This document shows, piece after piece, positions 20,213 through 30,430 of a stretch of DNA of 64,000 nucleotides (position 1 is its first letter; each line of letters opens with the position of its first letter). The notes below the pieces were generated by a model. The model saw nothing but the letters and a program-made list of their open reading frames with translations. It was not told the DNA's origin and made no database searches. The stretch is from Alphaproteobacteria bacterium (GTDB lineage: Bacteria; Pseudomonadota; Alphaproteobacteria; SHVV01): contig OZ253470.1 in the NCBI GenBank assembly GCA_965261735.1, forward strand, positions 864,001 to 928,000, in the 5' to 3' direction. Made by a program: the position numbers and the translations under genes.

Positions 20213-21475
20213 CTAGGCCCACCGCGTCGCGTCCTCGCTCGGCCGGGCATCGGCGGCGCGGCGATGGTAGAGCACCGCGATGATCAGCAGGCACGAGATG
20301 AAGCCGAAGGCGGCGCGATAGGCGCCCTCCGGCACGCGCCCCTCGATCGTCGGGAACGCGCCGATGATCACGCCCGTCGCGAGCTGCATGAGCGCCGAGC
20401 CGCCGAACGCGGCGAGAGCCATCATCACCATGCCGCGGCCGACGAGACGGTCCGGAAAGATCGCCCGCGCATGGGCGAGGTTGACGACGCCGAGCGCCCC
20501 CAGGCACCCGAGCGCGCCGAACAGCACGGTGGCCTGCCACACGGCGAGCCCTTGGACGAGCGCGAGGATCGCGTGGACGCCCGCGGCCGCAGTCGCCGCC
20601 ACGGTGACGATGCGCCTGCGGGTGTCGAGGAGGCGGTCGAGGGGGCCGATGCCCAAGCTGCCCGCCGCCATGGCCAGCGTCATGACCAGCAGCACGTTGC
20701 CGCGGGCGACCGCGTCGAGCCCATGGACGTCGTACAGGTAGGGCGCGCCCCACAGGCCGAGCACGGTGATCACCATGCCGTAGGCGACGGAGTTCATAGC
20801 GAAAAGGTAAGGGAGTTGTGGCGTGGCGATCGCCTCGCGTACACCGCGCAGGTTGGCGGCGAGGGTCTCGGGGGCACGCACGTGGTAGTCGTGGCCGGGG
20901 GGCGCATCGCGCACCAGGGCGTAGACGAGAACGGCCACCAACCCGGCGACAATGGTCACGGCGCCAATCGAGGGGCGCCAGCCCACTGCCTCGGCCATCG
21001 CCGCCAATGGCGCCGTCGCCGTCAGGTTGCCGGCCGCCCCGAGGGCGAGAAACAGCGAGACGGCGGTGGCGTAGCGATCGCCGGGCACCCAGCGCGCGAG
21101 CACGACCAGCGCGCCCATGAAGGCGACCGCCCAACCCGCTCCCATGAAGACACGGCCGACGGTGAGGCCGACCGCGGACTCGGCGGTCGCAAAGAGCGCC
21201 GAACCGACGATGGCGATGGCGATGAAGCCGGGCACGGTGCGGCGCGGGCCGAAGCGGTCCAAGGCCACGCCGACGGGGATCTGGATCAGGGCAAAGGCGA
21301 AGAAGAACGCTGAGGCGAGCACGCTCAGGCCCTCGACCGAGATGTCGAGCTCGCGGATCAGGTCAGGCGCGATGACGGCGTGGCTGATGCGAAAGAACTC
21401 GCTGAGGAAATAGGCCGCCGCGAGCGGCCCGCAGACGACCGCCACGGCCAGCGTTCGGGAGCGCGGACCACTCAC
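20213..21475 (-). CDS. MFS transporter
   Basis: GVALDRFGPRR motif, many TM segments; start uncertain. Confidence 0.88.
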   Translation of the reverse strand: MSGPRSRTLAVAVVCGPLAAAYFLSEFFRISHAVIAPDLIRELDISVEGLSVLASAFFFAFALIQIPVGVALDRFGPRRTVPGFIAIAIVGSALFATAESAVGLTVGRVFMGAGWAVAFMGALVVLARWVPGDRYATAVSLFLALGAAGNLTATAPLAAMAEAVGWRPSIGAVTIVAGLVAVLVYALVRDAPPGHDYHVRAPETLAANLRGVREAIATPQLPYLFAMNSVAYGMVITVLGLWGAPYLYDVHGLDAVARGNVLLVMTLAMAAGSLGIGPLDRLLDTRRRIVTVAATAAAGVHAILALVQGLAVWQATVLFGALGCLGALGVVNLAHARAIFPDRLVGRGMVMMALAAFGGSALMQLATGVIIGAFPTIEGRVPEGAYRAAFGFISCLLIIAVLYHRRAADARPSEDATRWA

Positions 21476-21626
21476 CGGTCTAGCGCCCGAGCCGGGTCGG
21501 GGGGTCGCCGCTCCCCCGTTGCGCCACCCCGGCACCGGTACGGTAAGCAAACTGCAACCAGTTGCCCGCACAATCGTTGCGGCGCGGGCCTGCCGGCGAG
21601 GCCCCCCTGGGAGCGGTGTTGACGCC

Positions 21627-23878
21627 ATGATATTCCCGCATCGTTACATTCCGGTCGCCCTGGCGGCGTTGATCGGCTGCATCCTATCAAGTGCCGGCTA
21701 GGTCGCCGTCGGCAAGATGGAAGTCGGCGAGATACGGGCACAATTCGAGCAAGTAGCGGCCGATCGCGTTACCGACGTTAGCCGCAATATCGAAGCCCAT
21801 CTCGAGATTCTGCGATCGATCGCCGCGTTCTATGGAAGTTCGCGGGAGGTCGAGCGCGACGAGTTCCGATCCTTCGTCGCTCCCGCACTGTCGCGCCGTC
21901 CGAGTATCCAGGCGCTGGAATGGGTTCCTCGGGTGGATGCCGCGGAACGCGACGCACACGAGGCCGCCGCCCGCGCGGAAGGCTACCACGATTACCGCAT
22001 CACCGAACGCCAATCGCAGGGAACCATGGTGCCAGCGACGACCCGCGCCACCCATTACCCGGTCCTGTTCGTCGAGCCCCTCGAGAGTAACGAGCCGGCC
22101 CTGGGTTTCGACCTTGGCTCCAGTGCGGCCCGCCTCGCGATGCTGGAACAATCCCGCGACAACAACCAATTGCGCGCTAGTCTAGGTATCAGGCTGGTAC
22201 AGGAGAAGGGCAACCAATACGGCGTCCTGGCGGTCGCGCCCATCTACCGTAACGGGCTACCCCACGGTTCGGTCGAGGCACGTCGTCGCAACCTCGCCGG
22301 TTTCGCGCTCGGCGTCATCCGCGTCGGCGATATGGTTGCCGGAGCGGCAATCGAGGTCGAGCCCGAGTCGATCCTCGGATCGGTCGCGCTCCAGATGCGG
22401 CTATACGAGGAGGCGGCCGACGGCGGGCGACGCCTATTGCACGTCCAGCACCATCACGACGCGGATAACGGCGCGCATGAAGGCGACTCCGACGCCGTCC
22501 CCAAGGTCGACGTTCATTACACACGTACGCTAGATTTCGCCGGACGGCGATGGGTCGTCGAAGCCTGGCCAGAGACCACGGGGCTCAAAGCCAGCGCGCA
22601 CTGGGAACCGTGGGCAGCGCTGATCGCCGGACTGGGCTTTACGCTGCTTCTCGTGGCTTACCTGGCGCTAAACCTCGAGCGCGAACGCAATGTGTTGACT
22701 CTGGTCGAGGAGCGCACGCGCGACCTCAGCCTCGCCAACCAAGACCTCCAACTTGAAATTGGCGAACGCCGTAGGACCGAGGACGCCTTGCGCGAGAGCG
22801 AGGCGCGGATCAAGGCGATCGTGGACTCCGCAGCTGACGGCATCGTCACCGTCGACTCGCACGGCCGCATCGCCACCGCCAATGCCGCGATCGGGCGAAT
22901 GTTCGGCCATGCCCCGAACGATCTCGTGGGGCGCCGGATGAGCATGCTCGCGCCCCCTTCGCTGCGGCCCAAGCTCACGCGGCTGCTCGCCAGGCTGCGC
23001 GCGGGCACCGAAGGCGGCGCGGGCGTGACACAGGAAACGGTGGGTTTGCGCAAGGACGGATCGACTTTCCCCTTCGAGTACGCGCTCGCCGCCACGCGGG
23101 AATATAGGGTGACCTCCGGCGGCCTCGAATCCCAGCAGCTGGTCAGCGCGTTCCTACGAGACATCACGGGACGCAAGGAGGTCGAGCGGATGAAGAACTA
23201 GTTCATCTCCACGGTCAGCCATGAACTCAGGACGCCGCTGACCTCCATCAACGCGGCCCTTGGCCTGGTTTCGGGCGGCGTCACCGGCCGGCTCGAGGAC
23301 CGGACGGCCGAGATGATCGACATCGCCCGCAACAACTGCGACCGCCTGGTTCGGCTCAATAACGACATCCTCGACATCGAGAAGATCGAGTCAGGGGGTA
23401 TGGAGTACGACATGCGGGTTCACAGGTTGATGCCGTTGGTCGAACAGGCGGTCGCGGCCAATCGCGCCTTTGCCGATCAGATGGGCGTCTCCTATTCGAT
23501 CACCAACGAGGCGCCGGACGCCGAGCTCGAAGCAGACAGCGATCGTCTGACACAGGTGCTCACCAACCTGCTGTCCAACGCCGCCAAGTTCTCACCACCC
23601 GGCGAGACCGTGTCGGTCGCGATCACGCGACGCGCGGACCGCATTCGCGTTGCCGTCGCTGATAAGGGCCCGGGCATCTTGCCCAAGCCGATTCTTCCGA
23701 CAGCCGACGCAGGGGCGGTACCGGCCTCGGGTTGAACATTTGCCAAGCCATCGTCGAGGCCCTTGGCGGCCGGATCGATTTCGTTACCGAGGTCGGCAAG
23801 GGATCGACGTTCTTTTTCGAGCTCCCGGAGTGGAGCGGCGAGGCACGGGGCGATACACGGCGGGCGGCGACCGCATGA
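21627..23878 (+). pseudogene. CHASE-PAS histidine kinase, disrupted
   Basis: TAG at 21699 and at 23199 (MKN*FISTVSHELRTPL); frameshifting deletion ~23680 before [24 protein letters not shown]. Confidence 0.9.
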
Positions 23879-24018
23879 GGGCCGGCCCCGATCGCGCCGC
23901 TCACGTCGGATCACATGCTCGTGAGGGCGTACACTGCCGCCTTTCGCGATGGCTCGCGCGGGTCTATCTACAGTTGAGGACTTACAAACCAGCCTCGCCG
24001 GCGGCGAGGGCATCGGAC

Positions 24019-24660
24019 ATGACTAGGCTCTCTCTCCCCCGTCTCCTCGTCGCCGTCGCCTTGGCGTGGGCGGCCGGCGGCGAGCCCGCGTGGGCCGCCG
24101 AGGACGATGCGACCCAGCCCAAGCGCCACTTCAAGATCGAGCGGTCCAAACAGCTCACCGGCGCCGAGGCACTCACCGTTTACGATCAGATCGCCGACGA
24201 GCTCGCGGCCGGCTACGCGCTCGCGGCGGAGCCGGCCGCGGGTGCCTATCGCGCGTGGCGGCGCCACAATGCCACCCCCTACCGCTCTGCCACGCACGGT
24301 AGCCGTTACGTCAACAACTACGGCAGCGCCGAAGCCGTGGGTTACGGCGGCGGCGGTCCGATGCCACCGGGTGCGATACTCGCCAAGGACAGCTTTACCG
24401 CCGCCTCCGACGGCAGCGTTTTCGGTGCGGCCCTTTTCCTGTTGGAAAAGCTCGCGGCCGGCGCCAGCGCGGCGACCGCCGACTGGCGCTACGTCATGAT
24501 CATGCCCGACGGCAGCCTGTTCGGCGACTCCGCCGGCGCCGATGCCGACAAGGTCGCGTTTTGCCACACCTGTCACGTCGCCGTCGCCAACAGGGACCAT
24601 CTGTTTTACGTCCCCAAGAAACACCGCCGCCGAGCGCTAAAGCCCGCCACATCGAAGTAG
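24019..24660 (+). CDS. Cytochrome P460-family c-type cytochrome
   Basis: Signal peptide, ATHGSRYVNNY, MPPGAILAKDS, WRY, C-terminal CHTCH. Confidence 0.75.
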   Translation: MTRLSLPRLLVAVALAWAAGGEPAWAAEDDATQPKRHFKIERSKQLTGAEALTVYDQIADELAAGYALAAEPAAGAYRAWRRHNATPYRSATHGSRYVNNYGSAEAVGYGGGGPMPPGAILAKDSFTAASDGSVFGAALFLLEKLAAGASAATADWRYVMIMPDGSLFGDSAGADADKVAFCHTCHVAVANRDHLFYVPKKHRRRALKPATSK

Positions 24661-24852
24661 CGGACCCGCTCCGGTCCAGCCGGTAGGCTGGTGGGTCGGG
24701 GCCGGTCAAGTTCGGTTGGTCGGCGACGGCCCGCCAGCCTGCCGGCGTCTTGTCGCGAACGGAATCCTGACATTTTGGTCGGTGCCGGAGCGCTCGGTTC
24801 CGAATCCCGTGTGATGCCGTCACAAATACTCGGATACGGATGGCGAATATAG

Positions 24853-25957
24853 CTTGCCTATCCGGTTTACACCCACACCCACTAGGGCTAGAATGGGCGC
24901 AACCCGGATATAGGGGAGCGCGCCATGGATGTTCTCGACCGCGCCGATCTCCCATTCCCGCATTCGCTACCCGAGTTCCAGCGACTTTTCCCCGATGATG
25001 CGGCCTGCGCCGCCTACCTGGAGAAAGCCCGCTGGGGAGACGGCTTTGCCTGCCCGCACTGCGGCACGGCGGGAGAGCCGTTCCACTTTGAAAACCGCCC
25101 TGGCGTCCTGCGCTGCCGCAAGTGCCGCCAGAACACCGGGCTGACGGTGGGAACAGTGATGGAGCGTAGCCACACTCCGCTGAACGTCTGGTTCTGGGCC
25201 GCTTATCTGGTCGCCAGTCAGACGCCCGGCATGTCCGCCGTGCAGTTTCAGCGGCAACTTGGTCTTTCGCGCTACGAGACGGCCTTTCAAATTCTCCACA
25301 AGCTCCGCTCGGGCATGGTGCGGCCCAACCAAGACAGGATCGGTGGACAGCCCAAGAACCATGTTGAGATGGACGAAACCTGGGTTGGCGGGCGAACGCG
25401 TGAGGAAGGCCGTGGTGTTCACCACAAGGTTCCCGTCTCCTGTGCCATCGAGGTGCGTCATCGAAAGCCGGGCACCAAGCTCGACAACCGGAAAGACGGA
25501 CGCTATGCCGGACGCGTTCGGCTCGCCGTCGTGCTCGACCGTAGCGCCGAGTCGCTCTGTGGGTTCGTCGAGAGCACCGTCGCGCCGGGATCGCTGATCG
25601 TTACTGACGATTGGAGCGACTATGCTGGCCTCGGTAAGCGCGGCTATGAGCACTTCGCTGTTGCCGAGTGTGGTGATCCAGAGGTTGCCGAGCAATACCT
25701 GCCGATCATCCATCTGGTTTTCGCCAACCTGAAGACGTGGCTGATCGGTATCCACCACGGCGTTAGCCACCAGCACCTACAAGCCTACCTCAACGAGTTC
25801 ACCTTCCGCTTCAACAGGCGGTTCTACCCGTTCAACGCCTTCCGCTCATTGCTCGGCATCGCGGGCGACACCTCTGCTCCAACCTATGCCGAGCTTTACT
25901 CGGGAGAGTGGTGGCACCCTACATGTAGCGGTCATGGGCGTTAACCGGATAGGCAAG
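24853..25957 (+). mobile_element. IS1595-family element, copy A
   Basis: IR CTTGCCTATCCGGTT at both ends; 8-bp duplication GAATATAG (24845-24852, 25958-25965). Confidence 0.95.
24925..25944 (+). CDS. IS1595 transposase
   Basis: CPHC/CRKC Zn ribbon, VEMDET, TDD, HHGVS.QHLQAYLNEFTFRFNRR. Confidence 0.95.
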   Translation: MDVLDRADLPFPHSLPEFQRLFPDDAACAAYLEKARWGDGFACPHCGTAGEPFHFENRPGVLRCRKCRQNTGLTVGTVMERSHTPLNVWFWAAYLVASQTPGMSAVQFQRQLGLSRYETAFQILHKLRSGMVRPNQDRIGGQPKNHVEMDETWVGGRTREEGRGVHHKVPVSCAIEVRHRKPGTKLDNRKDGRYAGRVRLAVVLDRSAESLCGFVESTVAPGSLIVTDDWSDYAGLGKRGYEHFAVAECGDPEVAEQYLPIIHLVFANLKTWLIGIHHGVSHQHLQAYLNEFTFRFNRRFYPFNAFRSLLGIAGDTSAPTYAELYSGEWWHPTCSGHGR

Positions 25958-26083
25958 GAATATAGGAGGGCCGTGACGGAATAACAAAGGATATTCTAAC
26001 GAATTATTAAGTAATTCGCACCGCACCAAAAACGCAGATCGCGCTCGCTCAACTAGCGCGCTGGTTGGGCGGGAGGATAAGCG

Positions 26084-27337
26084 ATGCGAATTCTGGTGGG
26101 ACTGGTCCTTGTGGGCTGGATGCTCTGGGCGGGCCCGGCGAACGCCCAGTCCTCGGGATCGACGGAAGCCGACACGCGGATTGGCGCGGTGGCGATGATC
26201 AATCCGAGCGCCTACGGCAGCGCGGGCGAGGGCCGGCGCCGCGAGTTGCGCATTTCCGAGCAGGTGTTCGCGCGCGAGATTATCGAGACCGGCCGCGGCG
26301 GGGCGTTGCATGTGCTTTTCCTCGACGGCACCGACCTGCGGCTCGGGTCGGCGAGCCGGGTTGTTCTCGACCGTTTCGTCTACGACCCAAGCAGCCGCCG
26401 CGGCCAGATGCTGGTGCACATGGTCAGGGGCGCCTTCCGCGTCGTTTCCGGCCACATGCAGAAATCCGGCTATAAGTTCGTCACGCCGACGGCCACCATG
26501 GGTATCCGCGGCACCGATTTCGGGGTCGTCGTCACAGAAGACGGTGGCACGACGGTTTCGGTCCTCGAGGGCGAGGTCGAGATCTCCGTGAATGATGGCG
26601 TCCACGAGCACGCGCCGGTCGGCGTCGTCGCACGCGCCAAGCCCGGTGACAGCGTTGCAATCTCGGCGATCACCGGTCAGCCGACGCTGGGACGGGCGAA
26701 GCCTAACCCGGATCCGGGACTAAAGGGTCGGCCTGGTCCGAACACCTCACGGCTGGAGCTGCAAATAGCGTCGCTCAGCGACACGATACGATCCGCGCGC
26801 GGCGCCGCCAGCGGCGTATCCACCGGCCGACAGGCGCGGTTGAGCGAGGAGCAAGCCAGCACCCACTCGACGAGCGGTCAACAGGGTTCCCGCGGCCGTG
26901 ATTCCGATCGCGCGGGTGGTGACGATAGCGGCTCCGGCAGTTCAAGCGACCGCGGCGGCGACGGTGGTGGTGGTGGTGGCAACGGCGGCGGTGAAGGCTC
27001 CGGTGGCGGTGGCGGTGGCGGCGGCACCGACAACGGTAATGGTGGGGCCTCCGGCGGCGAGAGCGGGGGCTCCGGCGGCGGGGGCGGCGGAAGCGCGAGT
27101 TCTGGCGGCGGGAGCGGGAATTCCGGCGGGGGCTCCGGCGGTGGCGGAAGCAGTGGCTCTGGTGGCAGCGGAAGCGCGAGTTCCGGCAGCGGCGGGAGCA
27201 GTGGCTCCAACGGCTCCGGAAGCGGCGGCTCGGGCGGCGGCGGGAAAGGCGGTGGCGGTTCCGGCGGTGGCGGGAATGGTGGCGGTGGTTCCGGCGGCGG
27301 CGGTGGCGGCGGAGAAAGCGGCGCCGACCACCACTAG
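26084..27337 (+). CDS. FecR-domain protein with Gly/Ser-rich tail
   Basis: Signal peptide, IETG, FLDGTDLRLG, TPTATMGIRGTDF; low-complexity G/S C-terminus. Confidence 0.85.
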   Translation: MRILVGLVLVGWMLWAGPANAQSSGSTEADTRIGAVAMINPSAYGSAGEGRRRELRISEQVFAREIIETGRGGALHVLFLDGTDLRLGSASRVVLDRFVYDPSSRRGQMLVHMVRGAFRVVSGHMQKSGYKFVTPTATMGIRGTDFGVVVTEDGGTTVSVLEGEVEISVNDGVHEHAPVGVVARAKPGDSVAISAITGQPTLGRAKPNPDPGLKGRPGPNTSRLELQIASLSDTIRSARGAASGVSTGRQARLSEEQASTHSTSGQQGSRGRDSDRAGGDDSGSGSSSDRGGDGGGGGGNGGGEGSGGGGGGGGTDNGNGGASGGESGGSGGGGGGSASSGGGSGNSGGGSGGGGSSGSGGSGSASSGSGGSSGSNGSGSGGSGGGGKGGGGSGGGGNGGGGSGGGGGGGESGADHH

Positions 27338-27393
27338 CGGAGGAGCGCCCCGGCGGGCCGCTGTACCGATCGCGCCTCTAGAGCCCGGCGACG

Positions 27394-27423
27394 AAAAAAG
27401 CGCGGCGGAATACCCCGCCGCGC
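27394..27423 (-). terminator. Rho-independent terminator of the SBP gene
   Basis: GCGCGGCGG/CCGCCGCGC stem followed by T6 on the minus strand, ~20 nt after the stop at 27443. Confidence 0.75.
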
Positions 27424-27442
27424 CTGTTCGACTCCGCGCGCG

Positions 27443-28468
27443 TCAGTTGGTGACGCTGCCGGGAACCAGCTCGTTGGTGTAGAAGTCCTCCGGATTCATG
27501 CCGGCCGGGATGACCTTGGCCTCGGTCATGATGCGGAGCGCCTTGACCCAGTCCTCGGGCGCCATGTAACCCCACGGCTTGCCCAGCGTGGCGTCGGTCA
27601 GCCATAGCCGCTCGTGGTCCTTGAACTGGTCGAGCACGATGTCGCGCTTGTTGGCCGAGTCGGGCCGCTGGGCCATCAGTGCGTCATACGCCTCGTCGTA
27701 TTTCTTGCCGGTGATGATGTAGTCGAAGGCGCGCATGGTCGCTTTGAGGAAGCCCTTGATTTCGCGCTTCTTCTCGCGGATGGCGGTTTCGTTGGCGATG
27801 ATGCCGGTGCCGGGGATGTCGAGCCCGACGTCGGCCATCATGAAGATGTCCGAGGGCCGCGCCCGCGTGAAGATGGCGTTGAAGAAGGCCGGCGAGGTGC
27901 TGACCGCGTCGCCCTGCTTGTTGATGTAGCTCGAGCCCTTGAGCGCGACCGAGACGTTGAGGAAGGTCGCCTTCTTCACATCCGTGCCGGCGAGCCGGAA
28001 CCAGGCCTCGAAGAAGGGAACGTCGAAGCCGCCGGGCGATGTGACGATCTTGACCTTGTTGTCGACGAGATCCTTGGGGCTCTTCCAGCCCGAGCCCTTG
28101 GGCACCAGGATGCCCATCTCGTTCTTGCGGATCAGGCTCGCGATGGCCTTGACGGGCAAACCGGTCTTGGCCCGGCCCACCGACATCGCGCTGTGGCTCG
28201 CCTGGCCGATATCGTGGCTGCCGGCGGCGACGATCTGGGTCGTGTTAACCGAGCCCGCGCCCGACTCGAACGTGACCTTCACCCCCTCCTCGGCGTACCA
28301 GCCCTTTTCCTCGGCGAGGAAATACCAGGAATGGATGAGGATGGGCGTCCACTCGAGCCGCATCTTGAGGTCGGCCTTGGCGGCCTGCGAAAAGGCGCCG
28401 ACTCCCAGCGCCACGACGAGCGCGGCCGTGGCAAAACGCCGCGCCGCATGACCAACGAACCTGTGCAT
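27443..28468 (-). CDS. NMT1/THI5-like ABC substrate-binding protein
   Basis: Signal peptide, RLEW, AEEKGWYAEEG, GAGS, YTNE; no permease nearby. Confidence 0.85.
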   Translation of the reverse strand: MHRFVGHAARRFATAALVVALGVGAFSQAAKADLKMRLEWTPILIHSWYFLAEEKGWYAEEGVKVTFESGAGSVNTTQIVAAGSHDIGQASHSAMSVGRAKTGLPVKAIASLIRKNEMGILVPKGSGWKSPKDLVDNKVKIVTSPGGFDVPFFEAWFRLAGTDVKKATFLNVSVALKGSSYINKQGDAVSTSPAFFNAIFTRARPSDIFMMADVGLDIPGTGIIANETAIREKKREIKGFLKATMRAFDYIITGKKYDEAYDALMAQRPDSANKRDIVLDQFKDHERLWLTDATLGKPWGYMAPEDWVKALRIMTEAKVIPAGMNPEDFYTNELVPGSVTN

Positions 28469-28610
28469 AACACTCCTCCCTACGGTTGTAGCTGCCGGCC
28501 ATCCGCTGACGGGACGCCGTCCGGTGGGCGGAGTTTAGCACAGGTGCGTTGGCCGGTCTCGTGGCGGCGTCTCACGGTGGAAGTATGGTATCAGGGGGAA
28601 GGGGGTGCCC

Positions 28611-28799
28611 ATGATCGAGGTCATCATCGATCGCTGGAGCAGGGGTGGGCAGGCCACCTATCTGTGGTCGCTGTGGCGCGACGGCGCGCGCATCGCGCAA
28701 GGCGATGCCCACGCGAGCGCCGAGGCCGCCGAAGCGGCGGCCGCCGCCTTTTGCCGCGCCGAGCTCAATGAGGAGCCCGACGAGGTGACGAGGTTATAG
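28611..28799 (+). CDS. Small hypothetical protein
   Basis: 62-aa ORF MIEVIIDRWSRGGQATYLWSLWRDG with purine-rich RBS. Confidence 0.5.
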   Translation: MIEVIIDRWSRGGQATYLWSLWRDGARIAQGDAHASAEAAEAAAAAFCRAELNEEPDEVTRL

Positions 28800-28850
28800 A
28801 GGGGGTGTCGTGGGGAGTGGTGCCCCAGGCGTCGCTTTCAGAGGACTCGA

Positions 28851-29252
28851 CTAGGTCCCACGCCACGCCTTGACGCCCTTCTCGGCCGAGCGGCCGATCA
28901 CGTAGCCGCCGACGCCGAGGGTCATCAGGTCCCACAGGCGTTCGGGCAGCTCGAGTTCCAGGCCGGTGCCGAACAGGGCGCGCAGGTAAGGGGCTAATAG
29001 ATAATTGTTGGCGACGATGGCGACGATGGTGAGCATGAGGATGGGGCGCCAGTTGCGCTGCAGCCACGAATCGCCACCGGCTTCGGCGCGGATGATCGAG
29101 GCCGCGGCCTGTTCCAGCGTCGCCGCGTGCTCGAGGATCGCCGCCTGCATCTCGGCTTCGGCGTTCGCCCGTGCCGCGGGATCGGGGAGGATGCGGTCGA
29201 GCACCTTGCCGAGGACGGGCGCGAGCGCGCCGATGAGGGCGGGGAGGGCCAT
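28851..29252 (-). CDS. 3TM holin (GTA-type holin family)
   Basis: LDRILPDP, IIRAEA...WLQRNWRP, LW.L...G.GGYVIGRSAEK. Confidence 0.85.
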   Translation of the reverse strand: MALPALIGALAPVLGKVLDRILPDPAARANAEAEMQAAILEHAATLEQAAASIIRAEAGGDSWLQRNWRPILMLTIVAIVANNYLLAPYLRALFGTGLELELPERLWDLMTLGVGGYVIGRSAEKGVKAWRGT

Positions 29253-29305
29253 GGTTGAAGCTCCTTTGGTCGCGAATGCGGGGGATCGGCGAGCGGACGG
29301 CGCGC

Positions 29306-29554
29306 CTATTCGCCGAACCATTTCCACTTGATGCCGGCCCAGGCGGCGAGGCCGCCGAGCAGGGCCATGGCGAAAGCTCGGATGAGGGCGGTGCGCACGG
29401 TGCGCCGGACCTCGCGCCAGGCATCGAGTAGGTCGCGCAGCTCGTGGATGTCGCGGCCGGCCTCCTCATCGTGCAGGCCGACCGCCTTGAGCGCCCGGCG
29501 CGCCCCTTTTTCCGCCGCCTCATCGAGCAGCCGGGCGAGCACCTCCTCCTTCAC
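29306..29554 (-). CDS. Phage membrane protein (DUF6127-like)
   Basis: AAEKGARRALKAVGLHDEEAGRDIHELRDLLDAWR + C-terminal TM. Confidence 0.7.
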   Translation of the reverse strand: MKEEVLARLLDEAAEKGARRALKAVGLHDEEAGRDIHELRDLLDAWREVRRTVRTALIRAFAMALLGGLAAWAGIKWKWFGE

Positions 29555-30399
29555 GACACCCTCGCTCCGCCGCCGCGCGGGTCGCCGCCCACGTTGGGCT
29601 CGGCTTCCGAATCGGGCGGGTGCGTGGCGCTCGGATCATCGCGCTTCACCCCGCCGAGGATGAAGCCGTGGCCGCTTTCCTCGAGGAAGCGGCGCACGGT
29701 CGCGATCGGGATCGACCACGCCATGTGCGGGATCACGATGAACCCGTTGCCCGTTACGCGCGAGAGCACGCCGACGAGCTCGTAGCGCCCGCGCTCCTCG
29801 GAGCGGCGGAACAGCGCGCCGCCCGAGTTACCCCAGATGATCGGCGCCGTGCTCATCATATAGGGCTGGCCGTCGATCTGAGTTTCCATGTGGGCGAGCT
29901 CGCCGCGGGTCGCGAACGGCGGCACGCCGAGCCCGGCGCCGACGGCCCACACCTCGTCCATCAGCTGCATCCGGTCGCCGACCGGCATGACCCGCGCGAC
30001 GTAGGGCACCGACGTCTCCTGATCGTCGATGCGAATGAGGGCGAGGTCGGCGGGGCGGTCGTAGGCGACGATGCGGGCGCGCTTGCTGAGCTGGCCGACC
30101 GAACGCGAGCAATCGTTGTACTGGAACCAGGCGACGACGACGGGCTCGCGGCTCTCGCGCTCGACCTTCTTGCCGGCCTCGGGCTCCCACTCCTCGCTCA
30201 CCTTGATGGCGGCGGCGACGACGTGGTGGTTGGTCAGCACGTAGGTCTCGAACGAGCCGGGCTCGCGGGCGGCCGAATAGATGACGGTGCCTGAGCCGCC
30301 GCTTTCCACCCGCACCACGGGGTAGAGCATCTCGTAATGGCGCGGCCGGCACGCCGCCTCGGCGTGCCCGGCAACAAAAAAGGCCGCCGCGGCGGCCAT
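29551..30399 (-). CDS. Trypsin-like serine protease (phage-encoded)
   Basis: GSG, LTNHHV, DLAL, GNSGG triad motifs; natural start may be the ATG at 30416 with a frameshift. Confidence 0.85.
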   Translation of the reverse strand: MAAAAAFFVAGHAEAACRPRHYEMLYPVVRVESGGSGTVIYSAAREPGSFETYVLTNHHVVAAAIKVSEEWEPEAGKKVERESREPVVVAWFQYNDCSRSVGQLSKRARIVAYDRPADLALIRIDDQETSVPYVARVMPVGDRMQLMDEVWAVGAGLGVPPFATRGELAHMETQIDGQPYMMSTAPIIWGNSGGALFRRSEERGRYELVGVLSRVTGNGFIVIPHMAWSIPIATVRRFLEESGHGFILGGVKRDDPSATHPPDSEAEPNVGGDPRGGGARVS

Positions 30400-30430
30400 C
30401 AGGCAAAAGGGCGCATGCTCGTGTCCTTTT

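Noticed and set aside
7238-23201. Amber recoding (pyrrolysine or TAG reassignment) to explain three in-frame TAGs
   Set aside because: TAG is the true stop of many intact genes here, the replaced residues differ (Trp, Glu), and the kinase also has a deletion; point mutations suffice
26930-27325. GGC/GGT-rich tract as CRISPR or satellite; alternative Pro- and Ala-rich ORFs
   Set aside because: No repeat-spacer structure; it is the Gly/Ser codon tract of the FecR protein and the other frames are shadows
28470-28610. TPP riboswitch upstream of the THI5-like SBP
   Set aside because: No CUGAGA core or recognisable TPP architecture on the minus strand
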